Below, one piece after another: positions 1-9,140 of a stretch of 64,000 nt of DNA (its first letter is position 1; every line of letters starts with the position of its first letter). Position numbers and translations under genes: made by a program. The notes beneath the pieces were generated by a model, which worked only from the letters and a program-made list of their open reading frames with translations, searched no databases and was not told the DNA's origin. The DNA comes from Anaeromyxobacteraceae bacterium (lineage in GTDB: Bacteria; Myxococcota; Myxococcia; Myxococcales; Anaeromyxobacteraceae), in NCBI GenBank assembly GCA_047602405.1, contig JASGHJ010000001.1, forward strand, positions 32,001 through 96,000, read 5' to 3'.

Positions 1-1
1 C

Positions 2-1378
2 GCGATCACCGCCGCCGAGGCCGGCAAGAAGGTGGCGCTCGTCGAGAAGGAGGCGGTCCCGGGCGGCGCCTCGGCGAACACCGGCACCATCCCGTCGAAG
101 GCGCTCCGCGAGACCGCCCTCGCCATCCAGCAGGCCCGCAGCCGCGACGCGCACGGCATCGAGCTGCGCGTCTCCGGGCAGGTGACCGTCCCCGAGCTCA
201 TGGGCCGCCGCGGCCTCGTCACCGCCCGGGAGCACTCCCGCATCCGCAACGCGCTCAACCGGGCGGGCGTCGAGCAGCTCCGCGGCACCGCGAGCTTCGC
301 CGACCCGCGCACGCTCCGCGTCTCCTCGCCGGAGGGCGGCGCGCAGGAGATCCAGGCCGACGTCGTGCTGCTCGCGACCGGCACCCGGCCGCTCCACCCG
401 CCGCAGTACGCGATCGACAACGTCCGGGTCTACGACTCCGACTCGATCCTCATGCTCGACCGCGTGCCCCGCTCGCTCGCCATCCTGGGCGGCGGCGTCG
501 CCGGCTGCGAGTACGCCTCGCTCTTCGCCGCGCTCGGCGTCAACGTCTCGCTCATCGACTCGAAGGACCGCCTGCTCCCCTGGCTCGACGCCGAGCTCTC
601 GCACGCGATGCAGGACCTGTTCGCGATGGCGGGCGTCGACCTCCACCAGCGGGTCCGCGCGAACAAGCTCGAGCCGGGCGATCGCGACGTGCTCGTGACC
701 CTGTCCGACGGCTCGCGGCTCGTCGCCGAGAAGGTGCTGGTCGCGGCGGGCCGGGTGGGCAACGTCGAGGCGCTCAACCTCCCGGCCGCCGGCCTGACCG
801 CGACCGAGCGCGGCCTCCTCACCGTGAACGCGCACTTCCAGACGAGCGTGCCGCACATCTACGCGGCGGGCGACCTCGTGGGCTTCCCGGGCCTCGCCTC
901 GGTCTCGATGGAGCAGGGCCGGGTCGCGATGAGCCACGCCATCGGGGGCGAGTCGAGCCGGAAGATCGTGGAGCTCCAGCCGGTGGGCATCTACACGATC
1001 CCGGAGGTCTCCTCGGTCGGCGAGTCGGAGGAGCAGCTCAAGCAGAAGGGGCGCGCCTACGTGGTCGGCCAGTCGACGCTCGCCGCGAACGCCCGCGCGA
1101 ACCTCATCGGCGAGGCGGTCGGCTTCGTGAAGCTCCTCGCCGACGCCGACTCCGGCGAGATCCTGGGCGTGCACTGCATCGGCCCGCACGCCTCCGAGCT
1201 CGTGCACACCGGCATGGCCGTGATGCACCACGGCGGCAACGTGCGCTGGTTCGCCGAGTCGGTGTTCAACTACCCGACGCTCGGCGAGGCGTACAAGTAC
1301 GCCGCCTACGACGCGCTCGACCGCATGCGCGAGCGCAAGCAGCGGGTCACGCCGATCGAGCGGGCGGCGAAGGGGTAG
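2..1378 (+). CDS. sthA: Soluble pyridine nucleotide transhydrogenase (5' end outside the window)
   Basis: Flavoprotein disulfide reductase motifs GGASANTGTIPSKALRE (no redox Cys pair), GGGVAGCEYAS, IYAAGD and C-terminal FNYPTLGEAYK. The frame is open from position 2. Confidence 0.85.
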   Translation, partial: AITAAEAGKKVALVEKEAVPGGASANTGTIPSKALRETALAIQQARSRDAHGIELRVSGQVTVPELMGRRGLVTAREHSRIRNALNRAGVEQLRGTASFADPRTLRVSSPEGGAQEIQADVVLLATGTRPLHPPQYAIDNVRVYDSDSILMLDRVPRSLAILGGGVAGCEYASLFAALGVNVSLIDSKDRLLPWLDAELSHAMQDLFAMAGVDLHQRVRANKLEPGDRDVLVTLSDGSRLVAEKVLVAAGRVGNVEALNLPAAGLTATERGLLTVNAHFQTSVPHIYAAGDLVGFPGLASVSMEQGRVAMSHAIGGESSRKIVELQPVGIYTIPEVSSVGESEEQLKQKGRAYVVGQSTLAANARANLIGEAVGFVKLLADADSGEILGVHCIGPHASELVHTGMAVMHHGGNVRWFAESVFNYPTLGEAYKYAAYDALDRMRERKQRVTPIERAAKG

Positions 1379-2270
1379 CGCCGATCGACGCCGGCGCCCG
1401 GGGTGAGCGGGCGTGCGGGGCCAGCGCCGCCAGGAGCTCGCCTGCGTGGGTCCAGGGCAGCGCGCCGCCGGCTTCGGGCAGGAAGTGCCGCGTCGCGCCC
1501 GGGATCCGCGCGGCGAGGTGGGCGCCGCCGTCCGGCGCGTGCACCGGGCTCGCGTCGCGGCCGCCGTACCAGAGCTGCACCGGGACGCGGATCGCTCCCG
1601 GGTCGAAGGGCCAGGGCGACGAGGCGAGCACGGTGTCGGTGACGTAGCCCGCCGGCCCCTGGGCGAAGCCCTCGTCGAGCGCACGCTCGAACTCCCGCGC
1701 GAAGTCCGGCGCCGCGTACACCGCCCGGTCCCCGGGTGAGCTCCCCTCGAGCACGAGCGCCCGCAGCCGGGCCGCGTCCATCCCCGCGAGGAAGGCCTCC
1801 GCGGCGGCCCGGTCGCGCTCGATCGCCTCCACGAACCCGCGCACGCCGGGCGCGAGGCGCGCGCGGACCTCGGGGTGCGCGAGCTCGTCGGTGCCGGACA
1901 CGAAGGCGCACGCCGACGCGATCCCCGCGGCCGCGCAGGCGAGCGCGAAGGGCGCGCCCTGCGAGAAGCCCAGCACCGCCGGGCGGCCGAGGCCGAGCGC
2001 CGCCGAGGCCGCGGCGACGTCGTGCGCCCACGATGCGAGGGTCCGGCCGGGCGCGGGGTCGGAGGCGCCGAGGCCCGGGCGATCGAACGAGATGACCCGC
2101 GCCCGCAGCCCGGCGAGGTCCGCCGGCCCGAGCCCGAGCGAGCGGCCCGTGGCGGCGCCGGGGCAGAGCACGACGGGCGCGCCGTCGTCCGGGCCCCAGG
2201 ACGCCCAGGCGAGAGCGCGGCCGCCCGGGAGGCGGACGGCGCCGGTCTTCGTGGCTGGCGCGACGAGCAA
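1347..2270 (-). CDS. Alpha/beta fold hydrolase
   Basis: DRPGLGAS and GFSQG nucleophile elbow. TTG start at 2270 follows an AAGGAGG RBS. Confidence 0.8.
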   Translation of the reverse strand: MLVAPATKTGAVRLPGGRALAWASWGPDDGAPVVLCPGAATGRSLGLGPADLAGLRARVISFDRPGLGASDPAPGRTLASWAHDVAAASAALGLGRPAVLGFSQGAPFALACAAAGIASACAFVSGTDELAHPEVRARLAPGVRGFVEAIERDRAAAEAFLAGMDAARLRALVLEGSSPGDRAVYAAPDFAREFERALDEGFAQGPAGYVTDTVLASSPWPFDPGAIRVPVQLWYGGRDASPVHAPDGGAHLAARIPGATRHFLPEAGGALPWTHAGELLAALAPHARSPRAPASIGATPSPPARSA

Positions 2271-2338
2271 GGCGGGATCCTCCTTGCCATGTGGACCGGC
2301 GGACGAGCCAGGGCGGGGAACGACCCGGAAGTGGTCGC

Positions 2339-2629
2339 TCACCCGCCGAGGACGCCCCAGCTCTCGGCCAGGGCGGCCTCCTCGTGCGGCAGCATCGCCT
2401 CCACGAGCGCGGCGAGCGTCTCGTCGGAGAGCTCGGCGTGGCGCTCGGCGAGCGCCATCGCGATCGGGAGCTTCAGGCCGGTCCACGGCGCGCCGGTGTG
2501 CTGCAGGCCGGCCGCGGCGCGGGCGAGCGCGGCGCGCCAGCGCGGGGTGGTGCAGAGCCGGTCGCCGTCGCGCTCGAGGAAGCCGTCGTCGAGGAGGCGG
2601 TCGGTCGCGGAGGGCTCAGACGCGGGCAC
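2339..2629 (-). CDS. Small hypothetical protein
   Basis: 96-aa ORF with protein-like composition, lying between two same-strand genes. Confidence 0.6.
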   Translation of the reverse strand: MPASEPSATDRLLDDGFLERDGDRLCTTPRWRAALARAAAGLQHTGAPWTGLKLPIAMALAERHAELSDETLAALVEAMLPHEEAALAESWGVLGG

Positions 2630-3074
2630 GGGTGTCGGCGCCGGGCTGCGGCGCGGGCATGTGGCCGCGGACGTAGGCGATCGCGTCCAGGGTCTCCCGC
2701 CGGAAGGTGTCGTAGTCCACCTGGGCGGCGTTGAGGAACGTGCTCGCGGACATGGTGTGGGCGCCCATCATCGCCGCCTCGGCGATCTCGAGGTCGGTCG
2801 CACCGAAGAGCTTCGCGGCCTCGGTGTGGAAGAGGGTGCAGTAGCGGCAGCGCGTCGCGCCGGACACCGCGAGCCCGATGAGCTCCTTGTACTTGTTCGG
2901 GATCGCGGTCTCGGCGAGCTGGAAGTCGCGCATCATCGCCCAGAAGCCCTCGAGCGCGCTGTCGGGCATCCCTCCCACCCACGTGGGCACGGCCCCGAAC
3001 GCCTGCCGGATCTCCTCGCGGATCTTCTCCCGCTTGCCGCTGTCGCGCAGCGCGGACCTGTCGACGGTCGCCAT
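2616..3074 (-). CDS. Carboxymuconolactone decarboxylase / AhpD-family protein
   Basis: KYKELIGLAVS...CRYCTLFH (CxxC-xxx-H) and GAT..EI.EA motifs. GAGG RBS. Confidence 0.85.
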   Translation of the reverse strand: MATVDRSALRDSGKREKIREEIRQAFGAVPTWVGGMPDSALEGFWAMMRDFQLAETAIPNKYKELIGLAVSGATRCRYCTLFHTEAAKLFGATDLEIAEAAMMGAHTMSASTFLNAAQVDYDTFRRETLDAIAYVRGHMPAPQPGADTRARV

Positions 3075-3334
3075 GACCTCTCCTCACCCCCGCGGGAATG
3101 GGAACAGTGGTCGCGGAGGATGCGCGTGGGGTGTGCCTCGCGCGGCGCGCCGGCAAGTGCGGCGCACGGGCCATGACGGAGCGACCCCACCTTGCCGCGA
3201 CCGGGCGTCCGGGCGCCCGTCGGCTCGCCACGCCCCGCCGCGCCCAGAACGCCGCGCACGCAGCGCCGGCGCGCGGGGCCCCTCTCGGGGGTCGCGGTGG
3301 AGACGTCACCCGGACGCCGCGTAGCGTTCCACGC

Positions 3335-4237
3335 ATGCGCCCTCTCCGCCTCCCCGCCGCGTCGGTCGCGCTGGTCCTCGCCGCCTGCGGCGGAGGCGGA
3401 GGCGGCGGACCCGGGCCCGGCGGCCAGAGCGGCGGGAACCTCCTCGCGGCGACGGTCGGCGGACAGGCCTGGGTGGCGGACGCGTTCACGGTCGGCGTCA
3501 TCGGCGCGAGCACGCCCTCCCGCGACGGCACGATCCTCGTCACCGGCACACGCGGGTCCGACGGGACCTCGATCGCGCTCAACCTCGGCTTCATGCCCGG
3601 GCCCGCGACGCAGCCGCTCGGCGTGAACTTCGTCTCGACGCCCGGAGGGACGGGCGCGGCGATCTTCGCGTCGAAGACGTACCTCACTCCGCTCGACGGC
3701 GCCTCGGGCTTCGTGACCATCACCGAGCGGACCGCCACGCACCTCGCGGGCACGTTCCACTTCACCGCGGCCGAGCCCGCCCCGGGCACGGGCACGCTCC
3801 AGGTGACCTCGGGCGCCTTCGACGTGACGGACGCGGGCGGGCTCCCGCCGCTCCCGACCGGCGTGGGCAGCACGGTGATCGCGACGCTCGGGGGCGCGCC
3901 CTGGAACGCGGCGACGATCGTCGGCTCGAGCCCGGCCGCGGGCACCCTCGCGCTCGCGGCGGGCAACACCGCGTACACCCTCGTGCTCACCCCGAAGGTC
4001 GCGCTCGCGGCGGGCGCGAGCTACGGGATCCCGTCCAAGGTGAACCTGCAGGTGAACCGCACCGGCGCGGCGGACGCCTGGTCCGGCGGCGACGGCGCCG
4101 ACGTCGGGACGCTCACCGTCACGACGCTCGCGGCCGACCGGCTCGTCGCGACGTTCTCGGCGACGCTCCCGCCGGTGGGCGCGGGCGCGGCGCTCACCGT
4201 GACCGGCGGCGCCGCGAACGTGCACCTCCAGCAGTAG
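3335..4237 (+). CDS. Putative lipoprotein, beta-rich with an internal duplication
   Basis: Lipobox LVLAAC followed by a Gly linker. Repeated 'AT(V/L)GG..W.A' segments. Confidence 0.7.
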   Translation: MRPLRLPAASVALVLAACGGGGGGGPGPGGQSGGNLLAATVGGQAWVADAFTVGVIGASTPSRDGTILVTGTRGSDGTSIALNLGFMPGPATQPLGVNFVSTPGGTGAAIFASKTYLTPLDGASGFVTITERTATHLAGTFHFTAAEPAPGTGTLQVTSGAFDVTDAGGLPPLPTGVGSTVIATLGGAPWNAATIVGSSPAAGTLALAAGNTAYTLVLTPKVALAAGASYGIPSKVNLQVNRTGAADAWSGGDGADVGTLTVTTLAADRLVATFSATLPPVGAGAALTVTGGAANVHLQQ

Positions 4238-4249
4238 CGGCCTGGCGGG

Positions 4250-5185
4250 CTACCCCAGCCGCGCGCGCGCCTGGGCGAGCGCCGCGTGGACCTGCTCGAG
4301 CGCACCCTTCGCGGCCGCGAGGTCGTCGCGCTCGCGCTTCGCGCGGTCGAGGTCGCTCGCGAGCTGGTCGCGCTCGCGGGCGAGCTCGCCGATGGCGGCG
4401 CGCAGGCGGGCGGCCTCGGTCGCGCCGTGGCGGAGCTCCTCGGAGAGCTTCTCGACCTCGGCCTCGCGCTCGGCGCGCGCGCGCGCCTCGTCGTCGGCCC
4501 GGCGGGTCACGTCCTCGAGCAGCTTCGCGCGCTCCTCGTCGAGCGCACTGAGGGCCTGGGCGCGGCGTACGGCCTCGTCGCGCTCCTCCTCGAGCGCGCC
4601 CATCTCGCCGAGCAGCTCCTCGAGCACCTGGCGCTTCTCGGTGACCTCGACCTCGGCGGCCTGCAGCTTCTCGCCGGTCGCGCGCCCCTCGGCGGCGAAG
4701 CGGGCGAGGTCGCCGCGGACGGCCTCGAGGTCCGCGCGCAGCGCGTCCTCGCGCTCGCGGGCCGTGACGAGCTCCTTCTCGAGGTCCTTCACGAGCCCGA
4801 GCACGCTCTCGGCCGCGCGGGCCGGGTCGGCGGGCGCGGGGGCCATGCGGGCCTTCGGCTTCGCGGCCTCGGCGACCTTGCGCTTGATCTTCGCGAGGCG
4901 GTCGCGGCGGGACTGGACGTCGGTGGGGGCCGCGTCCGGGACCGGGAGGCGGGCCGTCACTGCGCCCCTCGTCTCCGGGCCGCTGCGCGGCCCTGCGCTC
5001 GGGGCGAGCGGAGAGGAAGCGGGCTCGGCCTTCGCCTGCGCCACGACCGGCGCGGCAGGGTGCGGCTCGAGCTCGAGCGGGAGGGACGCCTCGAGCTCCA
5101 CGGCCGCGGCCGGGGCCTGCGTCTCCACCGCGCCCTTCAGGCGGGGCTTCAGCTTCGGGACGTTCGCGTCGAAGGCCTTGCGCAT
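4250..5185 (-). CDS. pomX: Cell-division positioning protein PomX
   Basis: N-terminus MRKAFDANVPKLKPRLK resembles the ATPase-activating N-peptide of Myxococcus PomX. It is followed by a Pro/Ala disordered region and a coiled coil, and lies downstream of a ParA ATPase. Confidence 0.8.
   Translation of the reverse strand: MRKAFDANVPKLKPRLKGAVETQAPAAAVELEASLPLELEPHPAAPVVAQAKAEPASSPLAPSAGPRSGPETRGAVTARLPVPDAAPTDVQSRRDRLAKIKRKVAEAAKPKARMAPAPADPARAAESVLGLVKDLEKELVTAREREDALRADLEAVRGDLARFAAEGRATGEKLQAAEVEVTEKRQVLEELLGEMGALEEERDEAVRRAQALSALDEERAKLLEDVTRRADDEARARAEREAEVEKLSEELRHGATEAARLRAAIGELARERDQLASDLDRAKRERDDLAAAKGALEQVHAALAQARARLG
4964..5012. repeat. REP-like palindrome, in frame within pomX
   Basis: GCCCCTCGTCTCCGGGCCGCTGCGCGGCCCTGCGCTCGGGGCGAGCGGA. 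Three mismatches to the intergenic copy at 13417. Confidence 0.85.
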
Positions 5186-5188
5186 CGG

Positions 5189-6136
5189 CTACGCTCCCGC
5201 GGCGCCGCGCTTCGCCGCCGCGCGGACCCGCTCCAGGACCTCGAGCTGCATGAGCTCGATGTCGTTCGCGCCCTTCGAGTCGGGCTCGTACCCGAAGATC
5301 GGGCAGCCCTCGGAGGAGGCCTGGGCGAACTTGGTGCACTGCCGGACCACGCTCTCGAGGAGGTAGTCGGCGTAGTGGGTCCGGAGGGCGTCGAGCGCCT
5401 CGCGCGCGATCTTGAAGGTCTGGTTGTAGGCGTTCACGACGATGAAGATGTTCTCGAGCTGGTGCGAGAGGTCCTCCTCGAGCCCCTGGATGGTCTCGAA
5501 GAGGAGCCTGAGGCCGTCGTAGGAGAGGAAGTCGGCGAGCACCGGGACGATGAGGTCGTCGGCCGCCATGAGCGCGTTCAGGTTGAGGAGCCCGAACGAC
5601 GGCGGCGCGTCCATGATCACGAAGTCGTACTTCGCGGTGTAGCCCTGCAGCGCGTTCCTCAGCTTGAACTCGCGGCCGGAGAGCGGCATGAGCGCGAGGT
5701 CGATGGTGCTCATCTGCAGGTTCGCCGGCACGAGCGACAGGCCCGGCATGCCGGTCGGCACGGTGACCGAGTCGAGCGACTTCTTGCGGACGATGACGTC
5801 GAACAGCGTCTCCTTGAAGGTGCCGCCCTCCTGGCCCACGCACTTCGTGGCGTGGCCCTGGCTGTCGAGGTCGATGAGGAGGACCCGGTAGCCGCGCTCC
5901 GCGAGGCGGAACGCGTAGGAGGTGGAGAGGCTGGTCTTGCCGGTGCCGCCCTTGAAGTTGAGGAAGAGCTGGACGCGCGGCGCGATGGGCTGCGGCGGGC
6001 GCTTCAGCGCGGCGCGGGCGCGGAGCAGGTCGTCGGGCGCGTAGCCGTCCTTCTTGCCGATGGCCCCCTCGACCTGCTTCACGGTCGCGCTGAGGATCTC
6101 GGCGAGGCGCTTCGCGGTGTAGCGGACGTTCTCCAT
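5189..6136 (-). CDS. pomZ: ParA/MinD-family ATPase PomZ
   Basis: Deviant Walker A NFKGGTGKTS, LIDLDSQG, DAPP. Flanked by PomX-like and PomY-like genes. Confidence 0.85.
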   Translation of the reverse strand: MENVRYTAKRLAEILSATVKQVEGAIGKKDGYAPDDLLRARAALKRPPQPIAPRVQLFLNFKGGTGKTSLSTSYAFRLAERGYRVLLIDLDSQGHATKCVGQEGGTFKETLFDVIVRKKSLDSVTVPTGMPGLSLVPANLQMSTIDLALMPLSGREFKLRNALQGYTAKYDFVIMDAPPSFGLLNLNALMAADDLIVPVLADFLSYDGLRLLFETIQGLEEDLSHQLENIFIVVNAYNQTFKIAREALDALRTHYADYLLESVVRQCTKFAQASSEGCPIFGYEPDSKGANDIELMQLEVLERVRAAAKRGAAGA

Positions 6137-6144
6137 GACGACCT

Positions 6145-7785
6145 CTAGGCGGGGAACCAGCGTGAACCGCGGCGGACGATGGCGCCCGCCGTGGAGAGCC
6201 GCTCGGTGAGCGCGGCGATCTTCGCCGGGCCCTGGCCCAGCACCTCGACGAGCTCGGGCTCGGTGCGGCCGCGCAGGGCGCCGCGGAGCTCGGAGAGGAG
6301 CGAGAGCGTCGAGTCATCGGGCGGACCCGCGGGCTCGGGGGCGGTGGCGGGGGCGACCGCGACGGCGGAGCGGACGCCCCTCGTCTCCGGGGCCGCTTCG
6401 CGGCCCCTACGCTCGGGGTGAACGGTCCCCATCGGCTGCGGGGGCCTGACGGTGACCTCGGCGGCCCGCGCGGAGGGCGCGCCGTCGAGCACCGCGGAGC
6501 GGATCTCGTCGGCGCCCATCGTGGCGAGCTTCTCGGCGATGCGGCGGCTCGCGGCGCGGCGGACGGCGCCGGGGCCCTCCACGAGCGGGGCCTCCCCCGC
6601 GAGGCGGCCGAGCGCGGCGGCGACGGCCTTGCGGACCGAGGCGTCGGCGTGGTCGAGGCCGCGGACGAGCGCGGCCTGCGCGGAGGCGGTGGGCCGGCCG
6701 GAGAGCGCCGCGGCGGCGGCGCGGGCGACGCCGCGGTCCTCGTCGGAGAGCGCGACCGCGAGCGCCTCCTCGGCGCGCCCGCCGTGGGCGAACCCGAGGA
6801 GCAGCGCGGCGCGGCGGCGGACGAGCGGGCTCGGGTCGCGGAGCGCGGCGGAGAGCCGGCCCTCCGCGCCGTGCTTCTGCACGGCGGCGAGCGCCTCGAG
6901 CGCGGCGACGCGCACGGCGGGCCGGGCGTCCTCGAGCGCGCGGGCGGCGAGGTCGGCGGCGATGGGATCGCCGAGCCGGCCGAGCGCGCCCAGGATCGCG
7001 GCCTTCACGTCGGCCTCGACCTCGCGGCCGAGCGAGGCGGCGAGGAGCGGCGCCGCGGCCTTCGCGCCGAGCGCCTCGAGCGCGCGCACCGCGCGCAGGC
7101 GCCGGCCGGGGTCGGCGGCGGAGAGGTCGTCCATGGAGCGCTCGTAGAGCGCCCGGTCGGCGTGCGTCGCGAGCTGGCCGCGCAGCGCCTCGGCGTCCTT
7201 GCCGGAGAGGCCCACCCGGCCCTCGGAGGCGAACCTCGCCGCCACCGCCTGGACGTCGTCGCCCCCTTCGGTCCGCTCACCCCGAGCGTAGGCCCGCGCG
7301 GCGGGCCGAAGCCGAGCGGTCGCGGGCTCGGAGGCGCCCTCGTGCGCCTGCTTCCAGGTGCGCAGCTCCTCGATCTCGCTGCGCAGCTCGGCGATGAAGC
7401 CGGCGAGGTCGGCGCCGTCCTCCTCGGGGCCGGGCGTGCCGTCGGAGGCCTTCGCACCGGCGACGCGGGCGCGGTCGACGAGGCCCGCGAGCAGCCGCTC
7501 GCGCTCGGTCTCGAGGAGGCGCACGCGCTCGGCGAGCTCGCCGGCGCGGTTCTCGGCCTCGGCGCGGCCGCCGCGCTCGACCGCGAGCGCCTGCTCGAGC
7601 TCGACCTCCCGCCGGCGCGCCTGGGCAGCGTCACCCCGCGCGCGCTCCGCGGTGGTCCGCGCCGCTTGCGCCTCGGACTCGAGCTGCGAGACCCTGCACT
7701 CGAAGAAGACGATCTTCTCGAGCGCGCTCCTGAGGAGCCCCTCCGGATCGACCGCGGCCGCCCTCTGACCGTCCACCCCGTCCAT
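6145..7785 (-). CDS. pomY: PomY (coiled coil + HEAT repeats + disordered region)
   Basis: N-terminal coiled coil and HEAT-like repeats (VRVAALEAL, VRRRAALLLG). First gene of the pomYZX order. Start uncertain. Confidence 0.75.
   Translation of the reverse strand: MDGVDGQRAAAVDPEGLLRSALEKIVFFECRVSQLESEAQAARTTAERARGDAAQARRREVELEQALAVERGGRAEAENRAGELAERVRLLETERERLLAGLVDRARVAGAKASDGTPGPEEDGADLAGFIAELRSEIEELRTWKQAHEGASEPATARLRPAARAYARGERTEGGDDVQAVAARFASEGRVGLSGKDAEALRGQLATHADRALYERSMDDLSAADPGRRLRAVRALEALGAKAAAPLLAASLGREVEADVKAAILGALGRLGDPIAADLAARALEDARPAVRVAALEALAAVQKHGAEGRLSAALRDPSPLVRRRAALLLGFAHGGRAEEALAVALSDEDRGVARAAAAALSGRPTASAQAALVRGLDHADASVRKAVAAALGRLAGEAPLVEGPGAVRRAASRRIAEKLATMGADEIRSAVLDGAPSARAAEVTVRPPQPMGTVHPERRGREAAPETRGVRSAVAVAPATAPEPAGPPDDSTLSLLSELRGALRGRTEPELVEVLGQGPAKIAALTERLSTAGAIVRRGSRWFPA
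6376..6425. repeat. REP-like palindrome, in frame within pomY
   Basis: GCCCCTCGTCTCCGGGGCCGCTTCGCGGCCCCTACGCTCGGGGTGAACGG. Confidence 0.85.
7272..7319. repeat. REP-like palindrome, second copy in pomY, opposite orientation
   Basis: TCCGCTCACCCCGAGCGTAGGCCCGC...GCGGGCCGAAGCCGAG. Confidence 0.75.
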
Positions 7786-8114
7786 ACCCGCCCATCCCGC
7801 CCGCCCGAAAACGGATCCTGTCCTGATCACAGGATCTTGCGGCGATGGTCCAGCCTAGACTCTAGGGATCACGAGCGCAAGTAATCGCGCGACATCGCGG
7901 GGGTTCGTCGGGGACCCCACCCGCCCTCCGAGGGGCGCTCCCCGGGGGCCGGCGCCCGCCCCGGCCCCGGGTGCGACCCGCGCCCACCCCGGCGTCACCG
8001 TGGGTGACGTTCCGACCTTTCCGCGTCACCGGCTCCCGGGATGCCCGCGCGGACCTGTCCTGGATCAATATTCACCCTCGGTCGGGAGGACGGACCCCAG
8101 CCGGGGAAGCTCGC

Positions 8115-9131
8115 ATGGCGCGCATCTTCATCGTCGAGGGGGAGGACCACGGGGCGGAGCCGCTCGCGATCTCGCTGCGCGCGGCGGGCCACGAGCTCGC
8201 GGGGACGGCGATCTCCGCCTTCGAGGCCTGCGAGCGCGTCGCGCGCACTTCCCCCGACCTCGCCGTCGTGGATCTCCGCTCCCGGAGCGGCGGCGACCAC
8301 CTCGAGCTCGCCGCCGAGCTCGCGCGCCGCTTCGAGGTGCCGACGCTGTTCGTGAGCGGCGCGTCCGATCTCACCACCCTCCGCCGCCTCGGCCGCGTCG
8401 ACCCCGCCGGGGTGCTCGTGCGCCCCTTCGACGACCGCCAGCTCCGCGCCGCCGTGGAGCTCGCCCTCGCCCGCCGCGCCCGCGAGCTCGCCCGCCGCGG
8501 CGAGGCCGACCGCGCCGGGGTCGACGCCGACCTGAAGCTCCTCGCGACGCTGTCCCGGCGGCTCGTGACCGCCCTCGACGCCTCGCCCGGCCCGGCCGAG
8601 CGGCGCGCGCTCGCGGCCGAGCTCGACGACCTCGCGCGGGCCCGCGACGCACGGAGGGCGCCGCTCGCGCGGATCGGCGGGGAGGCGGTCTCGAGGCTGC
8701 GCGAACGCGTCGGCCACCGGGCCATGTTCGAGCTCACCTCAGAGGGCGACCTGTGGGTGGCCGGCCACGAGGGCCAGCTCGTGCGCGCCCTCGAGCTGCT
8801 CGCCACGGTCGCGCTCCAGTCCCACGGGGCCGGTGCGGGCACCTGGCTGCGCCTCGCGCTCCGCCGGGACGAGCTCGGCCTCGCCGAGGTGGAGCTCGCC
8901 GTCACGACCGAGTCCACCGCGCCCTCCCGCGAGGTGGTGCTCGCGGGCCTCCCGGCGAAGGCCGCCTTCGCGGTGGCCGAGGCCATCGTGGTCGCCCACG
9001 GCGGCGCGGTGCACACCGAGCGCGACGGCGCGCGGACGCTCGCACGCGTGACGCTGCCGTGCGTGCCCGCGGAGGAGGGCGCGCTGCCGCTCCGGCTCGT
9101 GCGCGACCCCGTCGCCGCGGCGGCCGGGTAG
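8115..9131 (+). CDS. Receiver domain fused to a degenerate kinase-like domain
   Basis: REC motifs IFIVEGE, PDLAVVD, VRPF. The C-terminus resembles HATPase (IVVAHGGAV...VTLP) but lacks H, N and G boxes. Confidence 0.65.
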   Translation: MARIFIVEGEDHGAEPLAISLRAAGHELAGTAISAFEACERVARTSPDLAVVDLRSRSGGDHLELAAELARRFEVPTLFVSGASDLTTLRRLGRVDPAGVLVRPFDDRQLRAAVELALARRARELARRGEADRAGVDADLKLLATLSRRLVTALDASPGPAERRALAAELDDLARARDARRAPLARIGGEAVSRLRERVGHRAMFELTSEGDLWVAGHEGQLVRALELLATVALQSHGAGAGTWLRLALRRDELGLAEVELAVTTESTAPSREVVLAGLPAKAAFAVAEAIVVAHGGAVHTERDGARTLARVTLPCVPAEEGALPLRLVRDPVAAAAG

Positions 9132-9140
9132 CGCCGCCCG

